Positions 36,943 through 46,137 of a DNA stretch of 56,346 nucleotides are shown one piece after another (positions within the stretch are counted from its first letter, which is position 1; each line of letters begins with the position of its first letter). The notes under the pieces are model-generated. The model was given only the letters and a program-made list of their open reading frames with translations, was not told where the DNA came from and made no database searches. The stretch lies in contig WJIU01000027.1 in NCBI GenBank assembly GCA_014730115.1, positions 1 to 56,346 on the forward strand, written 5' to 3'. The DNA comes from Candidatus Micrarchaeota archaeon. Lineage in GTDB: Archaea > Micrarchaeota > Micrarchaeia > Anstonellales > Bilamarchaeaceae. Position numbers and translations under genes: made by a program.

Positions 36943-37689
36943 TCATTCCCGGACTCCATTTCCTGTTAATTCCACTCTTTTTCCGTCTATTTCTCCAAAA
37001 TAAAGATTCTCGCCGGAAGAAATAAACTGCGGATTTTCATAAGATGAGGAGAGCACAATCCATCTTTCCCTTATGCCCTGGGAGAAGTTCAGCATGAGTA
37101 TGTTTCCCGATGCCGGTGCTATGAAAAGCGTATTGTCATGATGGGCCATCTGCGCTTCCCCTGCATCAAAAGAAAGGGAGTAAGTGGGAATGGTATCAGA
37201 ATGCCCGTCCAGGGAAATTACATATAATCTGCTGTTTTCGGTGAGGATGTGCACTGCGTCGCCTGAAGAAGACCAGTCAACAAAACTGCCTGACATTATG
37301 TGCTGCAGGTCTATTCTTGTGTTCCTCAGGCTGAAAACCACCCCATCCATATTTTGTTCCGGGGATGAGGTATAAACAATGTAAAGGCTGTTGTTGGTAA
37401 GAACAAGGATGTCATTTTCCCTGCATTCGGTGTCAATTATTCTTTCCCCTCTCTGAAGCAAACCCCCGGAATCAAACCTGCAGGTGTTTTTGTGCCTGTC
37501 ATATCTCTCAGTTACATTTGGCAGGTTGTTTTCCATTCTGAGGTGCGCATTTGCGGTGGAGCAGGAGGAAAAGGAAGCAAGCGCGAATACAGCAGGTGCC
37601 AGTGCACGGAAAACCAGATTTTTCTTTCTCTGTGGTTTTTTCACCTTGTCTTTTCTGTCAGCAAAAGCAAGTCTTTTTATGTGGTGCAT
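36943..37689 (-). CDS. Hypothetical lipoprotein-like secreted protein
   Basis: It has a basic N-terminus, an h-region ALAPAVFALASFSSC (lipobox-like Cys), and then a beta-rich body. The region is locally AT-rich. Confidence 0.55.
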   Translation of the reverse strand: MHHIKRLAFADRKDKVKKPQRKKNLVFRALAPAVFALASFSSCSTANAHLRMENNLPNVTERYDRHKNTCRFDSGGLLQRGERIIDTECRENDILVLTNNSLYIVYTSSPEQNMDGVVFSLRNTRIDLQHIMSGSFVDWSSSGDAVHILTENSRLYVISLDGHSDTIPTYSLSFDAGEAQMAHHDNTLFIAPASGNILMLNFSQGIRERWIVLSSSYENPQFISSGENLYFGEIDGKRVELTGNGVRE

Positions 37690-37770
37690 GAATCATATAT
37701 GTGTCTGTTACAATTTATAAAATAATCTGTCATCAAAAAGCACTTAATAACAATACAGGGAATAACCATC

Positions 37771-39000
37771 ATGAAGGCCGTCATACTCGCGGCGGGAGAG
37801 GGCAAGCGGCTGCGTCCCTTTACCTTCTCCAGGCCAAAATGCATGGTTAGCATTGCCGGGAAGCCGCTGCTTCACCATCTTCTGCTGGAAGCAAAAAAGG
37901 CAGGGATAACCGAGGCGGTTGTCGTTGTCAAAAAAATGAAGGACCAGGTAATCAACTACTTCAATGCATACGACCTTGGCATGAAAATCACTTTCGTAGA
38001 GCAGGGGGAAGAGACCGGCACCGGCGCCGCACTGCTTGCGGCAGAGGATGAGATAAACGACACGTTTGTCATGCTTGCCGGGGACACGGTAACGGAAGCA
38101 TCGGTGATAAATAAAGTAATAGAAGCGCACCGGGGGAGGATAACCCTCGCGGTCAAAAAGGTTCCCAATCCCAGGGAATACGGAGTGGTGGAGGTTTCCA
38201 ACGGCAAGGTGAGCATGTTTGAGGAAAAGCCCCACCATCCGAAAAGCGACCTTGCCAATCTTTCGGTGCACTGCCTTGAGCCCACCGTTTTCGGGGAGCT
38301 GAGGTCCCTGTCCAAGTCTGAGCGGGGGGAGCATGAGCTTGTTGACCTGTTTATAGGTGCCAATGCAGTTGAGGTGGACGGCTACTGGAGGGATATTGGA
38401 TATCCCTGGGATATGTTTGAAGCGCTGGGGCACCTTCTCTCCAGGATGGAATCAAAAAACGGGCACATAGAGAACTCCACAGTAAACGGAAAGGTGGTGA
38501 TGGAAAAAGGGGCGCAGGTCATCAGCAGCTATGTTGAGGGCAATGTCTACATTGGTGAAAATTCGGTGGTCGGCCCCTATGCGGTCCTGCGGGGAAACAA
38601 TTCAGTGGGAAAAAACTGCTCGGTGGGCGGAGGAACTTCCCTGAAGAACAGCATCCTGATGGACAATGTCAATGCAAAGCACCTTGCTTATATAGGGGAC
38701 AGCATACTGGGAAATAACATCAACGTGGGCTCAGGAACCCAGCTTGCCAACTTCCGTTTTGACGGTAGCACAGTGAACTGCCTTACCGACAAGGGCTGGG
38801 CAAATTCAGGCAGGAAAAAGCTGGGGGCATTTATCGGTGATAACACTAAGTTCGGAGTGAATTCATGCGTGATGCCCGGCAAGCTGATAGGCCCGGACTG
38901 CTGGATTTATTCAGGGGTGGTGGTGAACAGGAACATCCCCTCCAGCACAAGGGTGTACTACCGCCAGCAGCTTGAGCTGGGGAAATTTGAAGAAGATTAA
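37771..39000 (+). CDS. Bifunctional sugar-1-phosphate nucleotidylyltransferase / left-handed beta-helix acetyltransferase (archaeal GlmU-like)
   Basis: MKAVILAAGEGKRLRPFT is an NTP-transferase G-loop. The C-terminal half has hexapeptide repeats (IGENSVVGPYAVLRGNNSVGKNCSVGGG...IGDSILGNNINVGSG). Confidence 0.85.
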   Translation: MKAVILAAGEGKRLRPFTFSRPKCMVSIAGKPLLHHLLLEAKKAGITEAVVVVKKMKDQVINYFNAYDLGMKITFVEQGEETGTGAALLAAEDEINDTFVMLAGDTVTEASVINKVIEAHRGRITLAVKKVPNPREYGVVEVSNGKVSMFEEKPHHPKSDLANLSVHCLEPTVFGELRSLSKSERGEHELVDLFIGANAVEVDGYWRDIGYPWDMFEALGHLLSRMESKNGHIENSTVNGKVVMEKGAQVISSYVEGNVYIGENSVVGPYAVLRGNNSVGKNCSVGGGTSLKNSILMDNVNAKHLAYIGDSILGNNINVGSGTQLANFRFDGSTVNCLTDKGWANSGRKKLGAFIGDNTKFGVNSCVMPGKLIGPDCWIYSGVVVNRNIPSSTRVYYRQQLELGKFEED

Positions 39001-39126
39001 AATCTTTCCTGTTTATATTTAGGTTCTGCAATCTTATACCAAGCAGGGGCCGCCAAGAATTGAACAAATTCAAAATTGGCAACCCTGTCCTGAGGTATTT
39101 CTTCAGGAAAAACAGTTCACGCCCAT

Positions 39127-39210
39127 GCAGGGGTCGCCAAGTGGTCAAAGGCGCCAGGTTCAGGGCCTGGTCGGTTAGTCCGTTCGAGAGTTCGAATCTC
39201 TTCCCCTGCA
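39127..39210 (+). tRNA. tRNA-Leu (anticodon CAG), no intron
   Basis: Acceptor GCAGGGG/CCCCTGC, anticodon arm CCAGG-TTCAGGG-CCTGG, long variable arm, T loop TTCGAAT, discriminator A. Confidence 0.9.
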
Positions 39211-39559
39211 TTAAACTTTTCTTGGGGCCTGCCCAGGTAAAAGTTTAACCAAACTTTCTGAGGCCTGCGAGCCAGCAGGGTTTTCCTAACTGTTTGTTTT
39301 CTTTCTATCTGAAAATCTGCACTGGATTTTCCGGCTGAACCTCTTGGCGGAAAGTTAAGAACTTATATTACATTTTTAAACACTATTTATACAATACTAT
39401 TGTAATGGGTTTTGATGTTTTGTGATTTTTCCATGCATTTTTAACCTCACGGGTGGGCAAAAAGTTTGTGGAAAATGGAAAACAATGGTTTATAATTGTT
39501 ATGTTTTAAATAGTATACTGGAGTGTTAATAAAATCAGCATTACTACGAGGATGGGTTT

Positions 39560-42500
39560 ATGGGAGGTTCACCGTTGAGATATACAAAAAAACCAGGCAA
39601 AAATAGAGAACATTTAAATTCTGATTCTGGTAGATGTTTTGGTAGCCGGCTGAGGGGTTTCTTCAGGGGCGCAATGCTTTATTCGGTATTGACATCTACC
39701 GCAATGGGTGCTTATATGGTTCCGGGTGTAAGAGAAGCAGCTGCAGAGGAAAGACAGAGGGACGTAAGGCCTTTACAGGCCATAAGGGACACGCTTGTGG
39801 AACAGCTTGGTGCTGTCCGGTCAAGGATGCAGGAAATGGAAAGGCAGGGCTTTCCGGCCAGTGTGGACTGGTCAGACCCGACCATGGGCCCGCTGCTGCA
39901 GACTTTGCGCCAGCTTGACCAGCAGCTGAGGCCGTTCAACGACGGCCAGGAAGTAATCCCGTTATCAGGCTCCAGCGACGAGCAGAGGTTCAGGTCGCTG
40001 AACCGCTGGCTTGGAAGGGACCAGGGCTCTCCCCTGGGTGAAGATGCACTCAGGCAGCTTGAAATGAGGGTAACGCTTGCATTTGGTCTTGTTTCTTCTG
40101 ATGCTGCTGCATCCCAGCTTTCAGCTGTCCTGGCAGGAAGGACTCCCGAAGAGCAGCCTGCACCTGCTGAAGCAGAGGCTGAGGAAGCCGCTCCTGTTTT
40201 TGACGAATCAAGAAGGGCATACTACACCGGGCTTATGAACCAGCTGGATGTTATAGCCGGCCATGCCAGAAGAAGGCAGGACCGGAGGGCTGCCGCCAGG
40301 CTTCGCGACAGGCTTCGCGAGCAGCTGGAAAATGATTCGCCTGACTCCAGCGCCCTGGAAACCATTGACCAGGGCCGTGAAAGGAGAGGCCGGCGCGTAG
40401 GAGGCGCTTCCCGCCTTATAGCCCGCGGATATGAAGAAGCCCAGCAAAGGGCCGACCGCGCAAGGGTCAGGGAAGAAACAAGGGCACATGAAGAGGCAGT
40501 GGCAAGGGCCAACCAGGAAAGGGAAGAGGCCCGGGCCGGCGGGGAGGAGCTTGCAGCTTCCGAAACCCGCCCGCTTCTGGAAGGCCTGCAGGGCATGAGA
40601 GAGCAGCACCGGGATTTGGTCAATAATCTTATTAATCTGCTTAACAACAGCTACCGGCTTGGGGAAGGCCAGAGGGAGAGGCTGATAAGAGCCCCTGGAG
40701 AAGAAGGTGAGGCGGGGCTTCTCTGGCAGGCCCGGGACGCACTCCAGCAGGGAAATGACAGGCGCGCCAGCGAGCTTTATGCACAGGCCAACCAGCTATA
40801 CACTTCTCAGCAGACCCTTTACCGGGCAATGCTCAGTGAATTTGTTGTTCCTGTTGCACGTGAAGCTGCAGGCACTGCTTCCGACGTTCCCGGAATTGAA
40901 CCGCTGCAGTCCCGCATGAGGGAGCGGGCCGAGGCGGCCCAGGGACATCTTGACGAAGGCGACATGTCTTTCTTCTATACCTGGAACCTTTATCTTGCGA
41001 CCTGGTCCGAGTACCAGGCAATGAGCGTGCTTGAGGACTTGTGGCAGGAGGCAGACCGGCTTGTGCCTGAGGGCCATGGGTCCAGAGGCCGGCTGGAAGA
41101 GAATCTTGGCTCAGTGCTGCAGGCAATCTCAACCCGTGGCTACAATCCTCTTCAGAGGTATGAGGACAGTGACCCCATAGTTGTGGGGCTTTTAAGGGAT
41201 TTCAGAAGTGCCACCGGCAATCCTTCTGCCACCAGGGAAGAGCTGGAGCAGGCAATCAGAAGCAATCCCGACTGGAGCATCCAGCTTGCACTTTATGATT
41301 TATACAGGAGGACAACCCATGCTGCCTACGAGCCTTCCGGAGGCTTAAGCACCGAGCGCGAACAGAACCCTGCAAGGTACCACCTTGCCAGAATGAGAAC
41401 AGCCAGGGCACTTTTCAGGGATGACTACCAGCACTATTATTATGCAGAGTGGACCAATGTTGACAACAGATTCACAGACGGCCGTGCATTCCTTGACCAG
41501 ACGGTGCAGCTTGCCAGGGAATCAGGCATGGAGCAGAACGACCCGCTTATAGAATACTGCGAGCAGCGTCTGCAGATGCATCCTGATGCAGGCGGAATGA
41601 GCGATGAGCAGAAAAGCCAGACCGGAGACATGTTCTATGAGATGGCCATGGGCCTGGCGGCAATCAGGGAAGCGGAGCTCTGGATTTCCGATGCAAACAG
41701 CCAGCTGAGAGGGGCACATGTTGATGATGCGACCATGGACCGTGCAAGGGCACTGCTCCAGCGGGCAAGGCTGGAATTTGAAGAAAACTTTTCGGTCATG
41801 ACTCCCGGCACGGACAGCAACAGGGTAAGTTCGGAAGAAAGGAGCGTTGCATGGGACTTCACCGGCCTGCCCGGAGAGATATCAGAGAGCTATGCTGTCC
41901 CCCCTATGTTGCATATGAACTTTCCCAGGGAAATTGCTGATGATGTGATACATCTCGTGGCACCGCAGGCCTATCATGAGCTCGAGACATATTCCACCAA
42001 CGACACCGGCAACCTGATTCTTGAAGGCAGGGTGGATTACCTGGTTGCAAGATCCGAAGCAGAGAACCAGGTCGGGGAGCAGGTAACTGACGAAATAGAA
42101 AGAATGGTTCAGCTGAGAGAAATTGATGAGAGGCTTGAGGTCAGGAGCACCGTTGTTTCCACAAGGGATGATGGCCTGGAAAGGGGCACGGTATCAGAAT
42201 ACATGTTCCTTAGGACTATTACCGCCCTTAGAGACCAGGGGAACTTCGGGGCCCCCACGCTTGCCGACCGCCAGCGCGCCTGGGCAAGGGCCATGGAGGT
42301 TCTCAGCCCTGAGATTGGAAGGGCAACTGTTCTTGGCAGTGACAGGCAGGGAATAAGGCAGGTGCGCACTACCCCCTCCTACCCGAGGCTTACAGTTGGA
42401 GTGGCCGACTTTGTACATCAGGATGCAAGAGCAGCATATCCGCAGGGGGAGCTTTATACAGAAATGCGCAGGCAGGTATTCCTTCACACCGATGATAACG

Positions 42501-43651
42501 TTACGCCGCTGCTCAGGCATCTTGGCGTTGACCCTGCAAGGGGCCAGGGCATGACAGACATGGACCCGTCCATGACCGGAGTGAGAGGATTCCTCAGGTC
42601 CATGGACCAGGTTGCCAGCGGGTACAGCGCAGGCAACCCGCAGACATCCCTGCAGTCCGGAAACGAGGTGCTGGTAGGCGTTGCGACAGAAAGGCTGGAA
42701 GAGCTCAACCGCAGGCTCAGCGAGCGCAGGGAGGTTGACGGCGTCTCAATCAGCGAGCTTTCAAGGTCCACCGACCCCCGCTCATATATAGTAAGAAGGG
42801 CAGTTGCAGTAAGGGACCGGGAGGCAAGAAGGATAGCTGAATACCGCACGTCCCTGGGCCAGGACCTTGTGGAGCCGGGCACCAACCCCAGGCTGAGCAT
42901 ACTGGCCCTGGAGAATGCCATTCACAGTCTTTCGCATGATGTAGGGCCCATAAGAGAGCCTCCTGAGCAGGTAAGGTTCTTTTCCCAGGGAACTGATTTG
43001 GAAGAAGACATAGTCAACAGCATAAGGGTTGCAAGGGCAAGGATTGATGTCCAGGCAGACCCGACCGAAGGGCTTGCAGTTTCCCTTGAGCAGTATGAAC
43101 GCGCCAACGGCCGCCAGACCCTGCTCTACAACTGGGTATGGTGGGTTGACCTGGGAAGGGACGACTGGTTCCTGCTCAACCCCAACTGGGATACTTATCT
43201 GGGCTCGGGGCCCTGCAACGGATGGGTGCTTGACCCTGAGTCAGGAATGCCGGTAAACCCGGAAACAAGGCTGCCCAGCAGCCCCAGGACAGGAGAGTCG
43301 GTGCCCGGCGCTGAGCCGGTGGAGCTGCCCCAGCAGTTCATTGCAAGGCTCATGGAAATGCCGGAAGGAAGCGGACGCTACGCCGCGGTGCGTGTAAGGC
43401 CGCCGGGTCGCGAGACCGGTGCAGAGGCAACAATGACTGTGGAATGGGAGCCGGTACGGCTTTCAAACGGCAGGCTGGACATTCTGTTCCGTGAGCTTCC
43501 GGGAGAGGGAGGCACACACACCCTCCAGCCGCTGCGGGCGGACATGACTGCAGATGTGGTCAGGGACACCTGCACCAGGACAGTCAGGCCCGAGAGCGTA
43601 AGGCCGGTATCCGGAGATGCTGCGGCAAGGGCAATCGTGCGTCCAAGATAA
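39560..43651 (+). CDS. Giant (1363 aa) Arg/Glu/Ala-rich, predominantly helical protein of unknown function with one weakly hydrophobic N-terminal segment
   Basis: It is an uninterrupted 4.1-kb ORF, and the antisense ORFs are all 145 aa or shorter. It is preceded by a ~350-nt AT-rich spacer with TATA-like boxes. I recognise no motif. Confidence 0.75.
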   Translation: MGGSPLRYTKKPGKNREHLNSDSGRCFGSRLRGFFRGAMLYSVLTSTAMGAYMVPGVREAAAEERQRDVRPLQAIRDTLVEQLGAVRSRMQEMERQGFPASVDWSDPTMGPLLQTLRQLDQQLRPFNDGQEVIPLSGSSDEQRFRSLNRWLGRDQGSPLGEDALRQLEMRVTLAFGLVSSDAAASQLSAVLAGRTPEEQPAPAEAEAEEAAPVFDESRRAYYTGLMNQLDVIAGHARRRQDRRAAARLRDRLREQLENDSPDSSALETIDQGRERRGRRVGGASRLIARGYEEAQQRADRARVREETRAHEEAVARANQEREEARAGGEELAASETRPLLEGLQGMREQHRDLVNNLINLLNNSYRLGEGQRERLIRAPGEEGEAGLLWQARDALQQGNDRRASELYAQANQLYTSQQTLYRAMLSEFVVPVAREAAGTASDVPGIEPLQSRMRERAEAAQGHLDEGDMSFFYTWNLYLATWSEYQAMSVLEDLWQEADRLVPEGHGSRGRLEENLGSVLQAISTRGYNPLQRYEDSDPIVVGLLRDFRSATGNPSATREELEQAIRSNPDWSIQLALYDLYRRTTHAAYEPSGGLSTEREQNPARYHLARMRTARALFRDDYQHYYYAEWTNVDNRFTDGRAFLDQTVQLARESGMEQNDPLIEYCEQRLQMHPDAGGMSDEQKSQTGDMFYEMAMGLAAIREAELWISDANSQLRGAHVDDATMDRARALLQRARLEFEENFSVMTPGTDSNRVSSEERSVAWDFTGLPGEISESYAVPPMLHMNFPREIADDVIHLVAPQAYHELETYSTNDTGNLILEGRVDYLVARSEAENQVGEQVTDEIERMVQLREIDERLEVRSTVVSTRDDGLERGTVSEYMFLRTITALRDQGNFGAPTLADRQRAWARAMEVLSPEIGRATVLGSDRQGIRQVRTTPSYPRLTVGVADFVHQDARAAYPQGELYTEMRRQVFLHTDDNVTPLLRHLGVDPARGQGMTDMDPSMTGVRGFLRSMDQVASGYSAGNPQTSLQSGNEVLVGVATERLEELNRRLSERREVDGVSISELSRSTDPRSYIVRRAVAVRDREARRIAEYRTSLGQDLVEPGTNPRLSILALENAIHSLSHDVGPIREPPEQVRFFSQGTDLEEDIVNSIRVARARIDVQADPTEGLAVSLEQYERANGRQTLLYNWVWWVDLGRDDWFLLNPNWDTYLGSGPCNGWVLDPESGMPVNPETRLPSSPRTGESVPGAEPVELPQQFIARLMEMPEGSGRYAAVRVRPPGRETGAEATMTVEWEPVRLSNGRLDILFRELPGEGGTHTLQPLRADMTADVVRDTCTRTVRPESVRPVSGDAAARAIVRPR

Positions 43652-43684
43652 CATTCATTCAATGGGATAATACAAGGAGGTGAA

Positions 43685-43876
43685 ATGGGTGAAAACCAAG
43701 AGAACGAACAGCTTGAAACAGCTGGATACTACACAGGAAAGAGCCACCGGAGCTTGCAAAAAGTTTTCCAAATGGCTGCTTGCCTCAGCTGTAGGTCTGG
43801 GCTCAGTTGTCGCGTCACCGGGGCAATTTTTAAACAATGCCGCCCCAATACCATTAGCATTCACTTTATATGGTGA
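43685..43876 (+). CDS. Small ORF between the giant gene and the next gene; reading frame ambiguous
   Basis: AAGGAGGTGA lies at 43674-43683. ATG 43685 gives a 63-aa Cys-rich peptide whose TGA lies inside the GGTGA SD of the next gene. The alternative GTG 43689 frame gives a signal-anchor-like peptide (KKFSKWLLASAVGLGSVVASPG) ending at 43880. Confidence 0.3.
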   Translation: MGENQENEQLETAGYYTGKSHRSLQKVFQMAACLSCRSGLSCRVTGAIFKQCRPNTISIHFIW

Positions 43877-43882
43877 CTAAAA

Positions 43883-46132
43883 ATGGCGCAGGCGCGACGG
43901 GTACCGGAAGCAGAAAGAGAAGCAGGAGTTTATACTAACGAGCAGCTTATGCGTATTGTAGATGCAACAATGGGACCAGCTGACAGTGTGGAGCATCCCC
44001 GGAATGCCCCTACACCAAGGGCTTCGGCAGAGGACGCTTTGCAGATGTGGCAGGTCCTTCAGCTCCTGGAAAGGGAGCAGCCGCCTGCAGAAGGCACTGA
44101 CGACCGCAGGCTCTATGACCGCGCAGCGAGCGTGCTCAGCGAAGGGTCGGGACAGGTTGAAGATGCAAGGTACGCGCTCCACATGGCAATCCGCGATGTC
44201 CTGAGAATGACTTCGGAGAGGGTCCAGAGCCCGAATGATGTGGGGGGCCTTGCCGAGCCGCTTAGGAACATGCTGTTTACCATTCAGGACAGGGCCAACA
44301 GCCTGGAGCGTGACACTTATCTGGCCTACCGCCCGCCGGCAGTCAGCAATGCAATAGCGAATATCATTGATACCATTGGAGGCGGAAGGCCCGGGGAAGA
44401 GGGCCTTCAGAGAACCAGGCCGGGCGAGCCCGAGCCGTTCCAGGTAAGGACCAGGGAACTGCGGGCCTTTGAAATGCCGATAAGGGACATAGGCAGAATC
44501 CACCTTATTGAATCAGCCGGCGAGCTTCCCTATCTCGCGGCCGCAGGAGAGGTTTCTGCCGAGCTTGAATCCATTTTCGGAGGAAGCCACGAGGCTGCGC
44601 AGCAGGGCGCTGATGCCCTTGCCCGCGCCATTGAGATGCGGGCAAACGGGGAGGCCCAGCACATGGGGTGCAACGAGCTCCGGGAAGCGCTTGAGCAGGT
44701 TTCCCATCCCCAGCTGGTAAACAATGATATGTTCCGGTCTGCACTGGAGGATTTAAGGAACAACCAGAGGGATGCTGCAATTGACAAGCTTCTCAGCCTT
44801 ACTGACACTCCCCTGAACGCGCTTATTGATACTGCGAACAATGTAGAGATAGTCAGGGTGGACCAGAGGGCCCTTGTAGTGTATCACGCCGGAGTGACCA
44901 TGAGATTCGACTTCGGCGGCAACATGGAGGCGTTTACCAGATATCTCAGAACAGAGGACGAAAGGAACTTTGAGCCAAGGCTCCTCTACTTCGGTCTGGG
45001 CCTTTATTATGAGATGCTTCTCATCTCCGGCTGGAGGCGGGAAGGCATGCTGGACGTAGAGACCGGAGAGATGACCGAACAAGGTGAAAGAACAAGAATC
45101 CGGGGAACCGGACATGCCGCCACCACTACCCTTTCCCTTGGAGTGGGAAGCTCCATCCGGGGAGAGCCGGTGGAGTGGGTTGTCCACTGCAACTTCGGCT
45201 ACAGGTACAGGGAGCTTTCCCGGGAAGATGTTGGCGTTGAGACATCCTATGGAACGGAAAGGACTCTTCCTGAAGGGCAAAGAAGGGTGCACGAGCCTTA
45301 CATCGGATTCTGGGGCCTTGAGGTAAGGATGCCCGGGCGTGGCTCCCGCAGGCCGGTTGCAAGAATCATGCCCGCAAGAATGGGGCTGGGATTTGTTGGA
45401 AGGCCGGACAACGTGCTGGGATACGCAACCTGGAGGCAGAACCCTGTCCAGGAAGGGGGCTTTACCCTTCAGCTGGAGGAAACTGCACAGATTTCATATC
45501 TTCTCAGGCAGCTTTACCTGACTGGAGAGATTAATGCAAGGCTCATCCACCAGTGGGAGAACGGAATGGCGCTTATGGGCGGCCCCGGAATAAGGGTCGA
45601 CGTAAGGGGAATGGACATTGAAGGCCAGCCTACTGTTGCTTCCATTGAGTCATACGGGGAACTGGCGTACAGGCCCCTGCCCTGGCTTACTGTCTCTGCC
45701 CGCGGAGGATACTTTGTGGAAAGGGGAGGCCCTGAATGGAACCGCATTCCCGACAATTACTTCCTGGGAGGAAACGTTGCCATGGACTTCGGCCAGGTGG
45801 GCGGAAGGATTCCTCTGAGCACCACTCCGGTGAGGATGGAAGTCACCGAGCCGGTAAGAAGCGATTTCCTGTGGGCGGCAAGATGGGCAGATGAAGCCGC
45901 CCCTGAGCAGCTTTCAGGGGATGAGGCCAGCAGGATGGCAACCGACCTTGCAAACCTGATTGAAAGGCAGGCCGGTACTGACACCTGGAGCTTTGGAGGC
46001 TCGGACCGGTACAATACCGCGCTGGAGCACCTGAGGGCAGGAAGGCTGCGCGAGGGCATTGACGCCCTGAGGCGGATTGACGCATTCCGCGAGCTGGAGC
46101 AGCGCCTGGAAGTCAGGGAAGAGGAAAGGTGA
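43883..46132 (+). CDS. Hypothetical 749-aa protein: helical N- and C-regions flanking a ~320-aa region with a beta-barrel-like alternating strand pattern
   Basis: GGTGA lies 6 nt before the ATG. There is no signal peptide. The central strands are rich in G/Y/F/W/R (LYFGLGLYYEML, TTTLSLGVGSSI, WVVHCNFGYRY, YIGFWGLEVRM, LTVSARGGYFVE, YFLGGNVAMDF). Confidence 0.75.
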   Translation: MAQARRVPEAEREAGVYTNEQLMRIVDATMGPADSVEHPRNAPTPRASAEDALQMWQVLQLLEREQPPAEGTDDRRLYDRAASVLSEGSGQVEDARYALHMAIRDVLRMTSERVQSPNDVGGLAEPLRNMLFTIQDRANSLERDTYLAYRPPAVSNAIANIIDTIGGGRPGEEGLQRTRPGEPEPFQVRTRELRAFEMPIRDIGRIHLIESAGELPYLAAAGEVSAELESIFGGSHEAAQQGADALARAIEMRANGEAQHMGCNELREALEQVSHPQLVNNDMFRSALEDLRNNQRDAAIDKLLSLTDTPLNALIDTANNVEIVRVDQRALVVYHAGVTMRFDFGGNMEAFTRYLRTEDERNFEPRLLYFGLGLYYEMLLISGWRREGMLDVETGEMTEQGERTRIRGTGHAATTTLSLGVGSSIRGEPVEWVVHCNFGYRYRELSREDVGVETSYGTERTLPEGQRRVHEPYIGFWGLEVRMPGRGSRRPVARIMPARMGLGFVGRPDNVLGYATWRQNPVQEGGFTLQLEETAQISYLLRQLYLTGEINARLIHQWENGMALMGGPGIRVDVRGMDIEGQPTVASIESYGELAYRPLPWLTVSARGGYFVERGGPEWNRIPDNYFLGGNVAMDFGQVGGRIPLSTTPVRMEVTEPVRSDFLWAARWADEAAPEQLSGDEASRMATDLANLIERQAGTDTWSFGGSDRYNTALEHLRAGRLREGIDALRRIDAFRELEQRLEVREEER

Positions 46133-46137
46133 ATCAA

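Noticed and set aside
37744-38433. 229-aa minus-strand ORF
   Set aside because: It is antisense to the GlmU-like nucleotidyltransferase, which has the clear G-loop LAAGEGKRLRPFT.
39043-39126. Second (pseudo-)tRNA upstream of tRNA-Leu(CAG)
   Set aside because: Only the first 15 nt resemble a tRNA. No T arm or 3' acceptor strand can be drawn.
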